From NCBI GenBank assembly GCA_904063045.1, contig CAJFCJ010000015.1, positions 248,001 to 312,000 of the forward strand: a DNA stretch of 64,000 nt, in the 5' to 3' direction. The DNA comes from Dimorphilus gyrociliatus. Lineage: Eukaryota; Animalia; Annelida. The notes under the pieces were generated by a model. That model did no database searches. It saw only the letters and a program-made list of their open reading frames with translations, and was not told where the DNA came from. Within the stretch, counting starts at the first letter, position 1. The number at the start of each line of letters is the position of its first letter. Positions 54,927 to 64,000 of this stretch are shown piece after piece. Made by a program: the position numbers and the translations under genes.

Positions 54927-55352
54927 TATTATTCTTTATCGTAACACTTTTATTCCTGGATGACGTCAATGATAGTAAGACAAAATAAAACAATAAACAA
55001 TTTTCAAATTAAATCAAGCATGCAATACCATTATTATAGTTGATTTAATCGGTTAATTATAAGATAATTAATAAGAATAATATAACTAAACAACAATATA
55101 ACTATATCTGTATTTAAATTTAAACTCTTAAAAACTCTATTGCTAGAATAGATTTACTACAATCTCTTACAAAAAGCTAGAAATTTTAAAGAAAAATATC
55201 TTTGTGGCTCTCTATCAATTACGCAATACAGTATATTGAATACGAAAGAAGAAATATAAGCAAAACGCAGTAAAGAGAAAATCTTTTATATAATAAACTT
55301 TTTTTTTCTTAAAAAGAAACGTAACGATAATTCACGGAAAATACGAATTTGA

Positions 55353-55355
<3 letters not shown>

Positions 55356-55387
<32 letters not shown>
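55356..55387. repeat. (AT)n microsatellite
   Basis: About 16 AT units. Confidence 0.9.
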
Positions 55388-55390
<3 letters not shown>

Positions 55391-55867
55391 GTATATTTAT
55401 ATTCCCGATCTAGTATTCTTCTACTATTATTGTTATAGTAGTAATACCCTATATTTTTCACTTTGTTCAAAAAGTTATGATTTATTATGCTAACTATAGA
55501 AAAAAGTATCAATTTGATATTAACAATTGTTAATTTATTATTAATGGAAAAACTTTCTAGTTATTCTCGTTCAGAGGGGAAATTTAACCTTTTATTATAA
55601 TATTTATTTTTATAAGGTATTAGGTCTAAAACTAGTTCAATTTTTTTTAAAGCTAAGGACAATAGAATTTTAGAACATTTCCATATATCATTGTGTCGCC
55701 ACCTATGCATTAGTTTTGTACTTATATCCGGTTTTTGTTAAGGTAACCTTTCGTAATATATTTTACTTTTTCTTATTAATTTCCAGGAAACTTTCTTCTC
55801 TATAAAGGTGCAGCATACTCTTATTATATAATACTTGTAAATCAATAGGATATTTTATAGTTTAAGA

Positions 55868-56408
55868 ATGTCTCAGAGAAATTATAGTAAGGAAATAATA
55901 AATCTTCTCGGTTTGTGAAAGTTGCTTTTCGTTTTTGTTTTATTTTTCACTTTTTCATATAGAAAAAGGTGAAATAAAGAAGAATCAAAGCCCAATTTCG
56001 CGGGAAAAAGAAAAAGTTAGCAGAGAATTAAATATGAAAGAACGAAATGATTTTCAACAAGTTCAGGATACCATGACAGATTTAATTAGGAAACATGGAG
56101 ACAAATCTACAGGTGCACTTCTACCAAGATCTTTAAGGAAAGTTTGCAATGCGATTCCTTCAGTAAAATTTAGTGAAAGACTAACAAACGATTTAAAGTT
56201 ATATGTTATAACTAGCCTATCGGAAATTCAAGCTAATGAAGATTCTGAAAATACAAAAGTAACTTCTGAAAGTGTGGAAGTTAATTTACAGGATCCTAGA
56301 ACAAGACCAGTGGATTTCGATACTAGAGACATTTACTTATTAGTACCTAATTTCCAATCAGAAGTTGACTTTAATAGGCCAAGACAAATGACATATTTGG
56401 ATTGTTAA
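55868..56408 (+). CDS. Uncharacterised 162-aa protein, 2 exons
   Basis: Exon 55868-55910 (MSQRNYSKEIINLL, phase 1) joins via a 52-nt GT-AG intron to 55963-56408, an open frame of about 148 codons with normal globular composition. Confidence 0.6.
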
Positions 56409-56540
56409 TCTCAGTGAGTACTTAGAATATTAAAGACATGGTTTTGAAAGAGACATTTTGAAAAATTGTATTTTTTATTCGACAAAACAAAATATAATTA
56501 CGACAATTAATATAAGTTTTCAAGCTGAATTGTGATCCTT

Positions 56541-59500
56541 TTATTCATTGAACATTTTTCTATGTTCTTTATACATTTTAATATGTTTGAGGAAAACTTT
56601 TTCAACTTGTCGAAAAGGAGATTCTAGTGTTGCGCTGATAATGACGGAAAATAGGAGAGTTGCCGTCATGAAGGCAAGAAAGAAAGCCACCTGTAACAAA
56701 AATATTACATACAGAGTAAAATTTTACAGTAGGTAGTCGTATTTTAGAAAATACCAATGCTGAGTCGTCGACAATTAAATTGCTTTTAAGGGCTACTGCA
56801 TATGTCGTCATTATTATTGGGTGACTTAGGTAGGCGGCGTATGTCAATCTACTTGGTACCGTCCAGCCTTTCCAAGACAAGATTGAGTTGACTATTCCTC
56901 CATAGCCAGAGACACAACAAACAAGCACCCAGGATACGCATAAAGCCCATGCGGGTCTGTTCAGTGAATTATACAAAATTGAGGCAATAAGAGGTTGTTT
57001 AAATCCTCTGTTTTCTTCAATAGGTCCGTAAAATATGGCAAGTGCTACTGCAGTTGCAGTACACCATCCCAAAAGAGCTACAAATCTATTTATTTTAACT
57101 TTTAGATCGTATTTATATAGTATATAGCCCGTTAATATTCCAACTATATAAGCTCCAATTCTAGTCCATGGTGGTATGTAAAGTTGTCTCATATATTCTG
57201 TTGAACCACTGCAATAATAATATAAATATCATAAATATATTAAGGAAATATTTTTACTACTAACCCCATTGATATCATAGACATTGGAAACTTAAAGTGA
57301 CCCGAAATCACTGCTGAAACAATAATACTCGATGTTAAAACAAAAATATTTATGGCAATTCCTAATTTCGGTTTTCTGTATAAAGAGGAATTGTTTAGTA
57401 TAATTGTAAAAGCGAATATAAGATATCTAAATTAAGAACCTGTATAGAGGATAAATAAAAATTGGACTTAAAATGTAAAATTGCATGTCGTTGGCCAAAT
57501 ACCAAGCCCACCCGAAACACTATTGAAAAAAAAGAGAATTACTTGGATGATTTTTTTCAATTTATTATAACCTATTATTTTATATTACCTGCATTGCTGA
57601 TGATTCCCATTTTCCAAATGCTATGTTATTCAAGTAGAGTAAATTTTGCCACCACATACTATAGCATTTAGGAGCCAAGCCGACGTTATTGGGATAGAGT
57701 GGACCAGTCGCCCAATAACGTGAGAGAGTTGTCATTGCAGCCAATAGAAGCATGTACATTGGCGTCAGTCTATATTTACATTATAAAGTGTAATATAAAA
57801 AATTATCATATTATTCATCAAATTACCTCCAAAATCTGTGAAAATAATAATAAAACCAATTAACTCCACCTTTCTTTAATTCTTTTAATGTTAAGTAAGC
57901 GACCAAGGTTCCACTAAAAAGTAGAAGAAAAATAAGGAATAATAGTGATTTTTTTTTTGATTTAGAAACCAAATTTACCTCATCATAAAAAATGTATCTA
58001 CTGACGGTGTTGCATTTGCAATAGGTTGGAATGACCATCTTTTGAAAAGAGTTAAAAGAAAAATAGGATTTCCAATCGCACTTAAGACAAACAAAAACGT
58101 ATGCCCCAAAACTACCCATGATAAACTAATAAATCGTATTCCGTGTAGACAAGCGACATCAGATTGTGCGTCACTTACCAACAAAGACCGTAAATTTTTT
58201 ATAAGCGAAAAAGATAAAATCGAATCCTGAACAATTCCTAATTTGTTTTGTGAAAAATACACCCGGAAATTAGAATTTGTATTATTGATTTCCGGAAAAT
58301 CATTAATTGAGGTGGTATCTTCTGCAATGAGATGTTCTGTATCTTCGGTTTTCTTACTTTGAAAATATGCTCCAAAAAAATCATAAATTGTTGCAATCAA
58401 TACCAGAAAACCTAAGATTGCAAATATAGCTCTGAAAATAATATAAAAGGATATTATTGTTTTTAAGTACAATTAATAAAAAAGGAACTACTACTGTATA
58501 TTTAAATTATTAACTATGAAATATTAAAGTTAATGTCAGTATCATAGAGGTTTTCATCTATTATTCTAAATTAATAAGAAAATACATACATAGTTGCTTT
58601 GGCTCCATTATCTAACGGTGGGATTTCTGCTTTGGTGACACTACCAACATGATATGATGAGTTGAATGGTAAGAGAACTATAAGAAAAAACAAATAAGTG
58701 AAAGGTGTTTAACTGTTCATTACTTGTATGTATATACATACAATTTACGTAATTGAATACTTCGATGTTTGTGCATGTATCAGGTAGGCATATTCCAATA
58801 ACTGGTGCTAGAAAAGGTAAAGAACTCTGTTCGCCAAGAAAAAAGAAAGAGTTCAAAAGGTTAAACAAAGTTCAAAAACTAGGAGACTTATCTACCGGTA
58901 TGTTTTTACCCTAGAATAGGGGCATACAACATCTGATTAACATTTAATAACTAAATGAAATGTATCTTGATGAACTAGTTAGATAATATTATTTAACTTT
59001 AGTATCTATCAATAAACAACATTTCGCAATATTCTATGCGTCATCGAAATGTGACTAAGACTGTACGCTATTTTAAGAAGCATATTAGAATTCTCTTATT
59101 CTTTACCTTCGATTTTTTGGCAAACCCAATTGTGAAATAGTTAACATCAAAGTTTGTCAGATTCGTTCGTGGAACATTAACGCCTTTACATTGTGGAAAG
59201 CTACCTTTAACTATAATGTGTCCTTGAAGAATTCCAGGTGGAAGTTTAGCCCACGAATCGAAAACTAGAAAAAAAATGTAAACAAACAAAATCAAAGCAA
59301 TAAAATGATATTAGAAAACATATAAATAATTAAAATAATAAATTTACCTTCAATAGCCCATTTTTGTCGTTTTGAAGCACTTAAACCGATATTTTTGAGA
59401 TCAAGAAGACATGTGTTATTTAGATTTTTATTTTTTATACTTTTAAGAGTGTTTTCAGCCTGCTTTTGATAATCATCAGCTTTTAAAAATGATAGTGCAT

Positions 59501-59684
59501 TCTTTAAAGATTTATGATTTTCAATATCTTGCAAACTATTTTCCAGATTTCTAATAAACTGATGTGCTCCAATGTAGATATTATCCTTTAGTAAAGGATG
59601 AAGCGGCTTATCATTTGTAAATAATTCTTTGCCATTACATTGTAAAATACTGATGACGAAAATTAAGTAGACGCCAACATACAT
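56541..59684 (-). CDS. Nose-resistant-to-fluoxetine-6 / O-acyltransferase-like protein (signal peptide, NRF domain, Acyl_transf_3 membrane domain), many exons
   Basis: Signal peptide MYVGVYLIFVISILQCNG; FDSWAKLPPGILQG...GSFPQC; ICLPDTCT; LHGIRFISLSWVVLGHT; VDTFFMMS; HRFWRLTP; WWQNLLYLNN; WAWYLANDMQFY; PWTRIGAYIVG; SRLTYAAYLSHP; LESPF. Confidence 0.93.
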
Positions 59685-60964
59685 ATCTATTTTAATCAAT
59701 AATATATTTGTTAACTCCTTTTATTTAATGATGATTTCGATTAAAAACAACGCATTTGCTCTTAACACTACTAAAAACGAACGATAGGAGGCGCTAATTC
59801 GTCGAAAATTGTTTAGAATGTTTGAAGTCCACAAATGGCGGATACAAAAGAGAGAGATTTTCTGCTAAAATATTCTCTTATTCTTATTAGTCATCGATTA
59901 TATAGGACTTTTAAAAATTAATATAGGTCTCATTACTTTGAAATTGTTAACATATGCTACATTTTTACCCTTATAAGGGCATTTCATATTAGAGAATAGG
60001 AATAATATGAAATTAAATCTATTTCATATTCGTAACGCTATATGCTTTGTTCATGTGTTTTTTGTTTAGATTTTGAGGTCATTGAACGACTGAACTTTGA
60101 ATCTACATTACGTAGTATAATTTCGTAAATCAAAGCACCTAAAACGCTATTTTCTATTGTGTATATATATTTTATTACTTTTATTGATAGAAAACAGCAG
60201 TAGTTAATAAGTTTAATAGTATATTTTGTATTTAGTAATAAGAAGTATAAAGTACCAGAGTTCAGCTATTAAAGTATTCTTTTTCTAATTTATTTTTATT
60301 GTTATTTAATCAAATATCGTAACTCTAAAGTTTAAAATGTGAAAAAAGTATATAAAGGAAGATAAGATGTGTGTTTTTACTACAAATCGTTACAAGTTCG
60401 ATAAGAAAATAGTCTGCAATTGTTGTAGATGACGCCACTATATATCGAAAACGTTTCTTCATAAATCTCTAGGCTATTGCAACGTCCCGGATTAGCGTGG
60501 TGTCAGAAGATTCTATTTGCCGATATTAGGTAATAATATGAAAAATTGTAGCAAGAACAATATTTCAAAAAGGTCAAACACATTGATTTTAAGTATAATT
60601 ATGTAATTATATCCCTAAGCAATTCTAAGAGAACAAACTTTAGAGAACAAAATATTTCAAGGTTATAATTATTCTTCTCACGTCCTATGATGAAATTTTA
60701 TATAATCGACTATATAAAAGATATAAATATAAGCATTATACGTATAACTCTTGGATCAAACGTATCATAGTTGTTAATCTTTTGTCTCAGTGAACTTAGC
60801 GATGTATGTTTCTAATTGTTTTTAGAATTAACTATTAAACAAATATGTATAAAGTAATTTGAAATTATTAAATTATTCAACTGCTTTATCAAAACTAATT
60901 TGATAATTATTATTTAATTTATTATTAATCAATGAATCTATTTGTTTAAGCTTTACGTATCATT

Positions 60965-63102
60965 ATGGAATTTCCGGCAAAGTCGAATGTAAAACACTGG
61001 ATACAGACGTTAAATGATATAAGAGAATATAAAGAGTACATTAAAGCAGGATCATTAGAAATAGATGGTGAAACTTTAACAATATCAAAACTCTATGCAA
61101 TGACCTTCAAACCTAGTTTTGAATGTTCAATTACGGAGAAGTGCTGTGATAAAATGAAAAAGAATTATGAGTTTTTCACTGATTTATTAAAATCTGGAAA
61201 AGTTGTCTACGGTGCAAATACCGGTTATGGTGGTAGTGCTAATGTTCGATACGAGAGCGTTGCTAAAGTTCAGGAATATTTGGTTAGTCATCTGAAAGCT
61301 GGTTTTGGTAGAAAAGCGCCTACAGAATTGATTCGAGGTATATTTGAAATTACACAAATAATTAAAAGTTCTATTAAATTACTTCTTCTTTTAGGTGTTA
61401 TGGTTCAAAGGGCTAATAGTCTTTCTAAGGCACGTTCTGCTGTCCGCGAAGAGGTTCCGTTACTATTATTAGAAATGGTACGCAAAGACATCGTTCCTAT
61501 AGTTCCTCTCAGAGGAACTGTTTCCGCAAGCGGAGATTTAATGCCAAGTTCATATATTGCTGCTGCAATGATGAATATGAAAGGATCAAGAGTTCTACAC
61601 AAAGGTGTTGAAATGGAGGCCAGCGAAGCATTCCAGTTAGCTTCTGTTAAACCTGTAGAGTTCCACGCGAAAGAAGCTTTGGCTGTTGTTAATTCATCTT
61701 CATTTGCCGCTTCATTAGGCAGTTGCATGTTGTTCGAAGCCAACGTTTGTGCCATACTTGTACAAATATGCACAGCATTAATAGCCGAATCTTTGGAAGG
61801 TCATTTAGAATCTTTCCACTCACTTTTGCATGAATCAATGCCTCATCCTGGCCAATTGGAGTGTGCTGCTAATTTATCATCACTTCTGAATAATTCTAAA
61901 ATGTCAATAACTGATCTAGAAATGAGAAGGGAGGATTCCAAAGGACTTAAGCAGGTATATCTTATTAAAGAATGATTTTTACAATCTGGTTAATATAGAT
62001 CTTTTCTAATAGGATCGTTATGCTTTAAGAACATCACCGCAGTGGGTAGCACCAGTACTAGATACACTATTAAGATCAAGAGAAAAACTGGAAATAGAAC
62101 TAAATAGTTCAAACGACAATCCTTTAATTGATGACGAAAGAGGTGTTGTAATTCACGGTGGAAACTTTCAAGGAATATCTGTATCTATGGGTTTGGATCA
62201 CGCACGACAAGCAATTCAATTGTGTGGAAAATTGCTACACGGTCAATTTCAAGAACTCGTGAATGGTTCAATGAATGGCAATCTTACCCCAAATTTATGT
62301 GGTTCGGATTATAATGTAGATATGGGATTCAAGGTTTTTTATTAAATTATTTATTGAATATAAAATAAATTAATAATCAATTTTGTCTTTGACATTCTTA
62401 CAATCAGGGTTGCGATACTGCAATGGCAGCGTATTGCTCTGAACTTGACGGCTTAGCAAATCCAGTTACAAATCATGTATTGAGTGCCGAACTCCATAAT
62501 CAAGCCATTAACTCAATGGGATTTTTGTCGGCTCGAAAACTTGAAGAATCAATAGAAGTTCTAAAACAAATGATTGTACAGAGCCTAGTAGCAACCTGTC
62601 AGGCAATTGACTTGAGATATCTTAAAAATTATGCTGAGGCCATCATTAAGACAATTTTAAATGAGCACAAACTAAACGAAAAGACATTCTACAGAGTATG
62701 CCCTTGGTGGGTGTTGGTTTTTTCACCTCCAGAAGCTGAAGTGAGACTGAAAGAGATATCTCCTTTCATGAATGGCCTAAGATTTAAAGACTTTTTAAGT
62801 GAGTTTGAAGAAGTGGCTAAGCCCGTTTTGGAGAGTATAAAAAATGGAACACTTGTTGATCGAATATCCGATGAATTAGGATATGGTAACATGCATATAA
62901 TTTCTTTATTATATAATTTTGGTTATAATTTATTAATTTCATTTTAGGTACAAAAAAGGTTTATCGATTTCTTCGTCAAGAACTTAATATTAAATTTAAT
63001 ATAGGAGCAAATAGTCTTGATAAAGATATGGAAAAAGTTCTTTCTTGTATCAATTCTCAAAAAATACTCGACCTACTCCAAGAAATTGAGTTATACAGTT
63101 AA
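60965..63102 (+). CDS. PAL: MIO-dependent aromatic amino acid ammonia-lyase/aminomutase of PAL/TAL type (not histidase), 5 exons, 628 aa
   Basis: Exons 60965-61337, 61395-61954, 62013-62333, 62408-62885, 62948-63102 (1887 nt). VYGANTGYGG lid Tyr, GTVSASGDL MIO triad, KEALAVVN, HPGQLE, KQDRYALRTSPQW, NSSNDNPLID, HGGNFQG, GFKG, AAYCSEL, LANPVTNHV, SAELHNQAINSMG, CQAIDLR, VYRFLRQEL. Confidence 0.95.
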
Positions 63103-64000
63103 CAAAAACACATTCTAATTGTTTCCAAAGTAATTACAAAAACAATTATATTATTAATTATAATTGCCTTAGTTTAAATTCATAAACTGGTTCTTGCAAG
63201 ATTTTGATAGAAGTATTTTTCTCAGGTCAAACGATTTCTTAATATTTCCTGTCACTCGCAATATTTTATTTTGCTATATTTATATTAAAATTATCGTATT
63301 GGATTATTTACTTTTTGTCTGAATGAAGCTCAAAACTCATTTTATGTTTTTGCTGTATATCCATTTTGAAATTTTAAAAGATGAATTACTTTTACTTTGG
63401 AGATACTTAATGAAAATATAGAATATCATGAAATATCATATTCATCTGTTTTTAATTATTTCTTACAAAAATAAGGGAAGGTTTATTACAGGTCGAATAT
63501 AAGAATATATTGGTTGATTCTTAATACTCTCTATATATGCTAGACTAGATATAGAAACATTATATTCACAATGAATATTCAACAACAAAATAGATACAGG
63601 CTAAAGGCATACAATGTTGTTTTCTATGCATATATATTTCTATCCTAATTACTTTGTATTGTAACTTAGAGCAATAGAGAGAAAACAACGAGAAGACCTC
63701 TCATTTAAATGAGATTTGTCACTGCTCAACCTATCGAAACTTATTTAAATGAAAGTGTTACGAGTTGTGTTTATCAGTTTCCCTCAGTAAACGACTTTAA
63801 TAATGAATATTGACTCAAAGGAAAAGGAAAATGTGATTTCTCGCATAACATATCTTGTTTTCGTGTATGAAAATAGTAGAATTGATAATTTTTATTAAAT
63901 ACATTAAGGAAATAAGTCCAGAACAAAAAAGAAAGGAAGCAACATTACAATTGTAAATAAGATAAATTATATTGTAATTATTTCAATAGATTACTGATGT

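Noticed and set aside
61405-62892. Minus-strand ORFs over the ammonia-lyase, and similar antisense ORFs over MDM1, VAT1, Abraxas, GPCR and AKR
   Set aside because: Antisense shadows of real coding exons.
60965-63102. Annotation as ordinary animal histidine ammonia-lyase (HAL)
   Set aside because: It lacks the HAL Ser-His pair, QDAYTLRC, GGNFHG and TSAATEDHVSM, and carries PAL-type equivalents at each of these positions.

Overview
AT-rich eukaryotic genomic DNA from an animal with a very compact genome (most introns 50-75 nt, GT-AG; several housekeeping genes in head-to-head pairs). Animal origin rests on a rhodopsin-class GPCR, MDM1, LZIC, an NRF-6-type acyltransferase, an invertebrate-type PDCD10 and recurrent CTCF-like motifs. 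I reconstructed about 19 protein-coding genes by hand-splicing: BIN3 (partial), DBR1, GINS2/PSF2, MDM1, VAT1-like, Abraxas, POLDIP3, LZIC, THUMPD1, hexokinase, FIS1, an atypical class A GPCR, an unrecognised 253-aa six-exon gene, an extended-SDR-fold pseudoenzyme with an acidic repeat tail, PDCD10/CCM3, a calmodulin-like paralogue, an aldo-keto reductase, an unrecognised 162-aa gene, an NRF-6-like acyltransferase, and an MIO-dependent aromatic amino acid ammonia-lyase. FIS1, PDCD10 and the 253-aa gene are essentially invisible in the supplied ORF track. The standout is the ammonia-lyase: it has plant/fungal PAL signatures rather than animal histidase signatures, carries the His-Leu tyrosine-selectivity pair, has four host-style introns, and sits head-to-head with the acyltransferase, with the aldo-keto reductase nearby. 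This suggests an animal phenylpropanoid-like (cinnamate/coumarate or beta-amino acid) locus. No tRNA, rRNA, CRISPR or recognisable transposon was found. All coordinates were counted by hand (a few bp of error possible), family assignments come from remembered motifs, and no database search was run.
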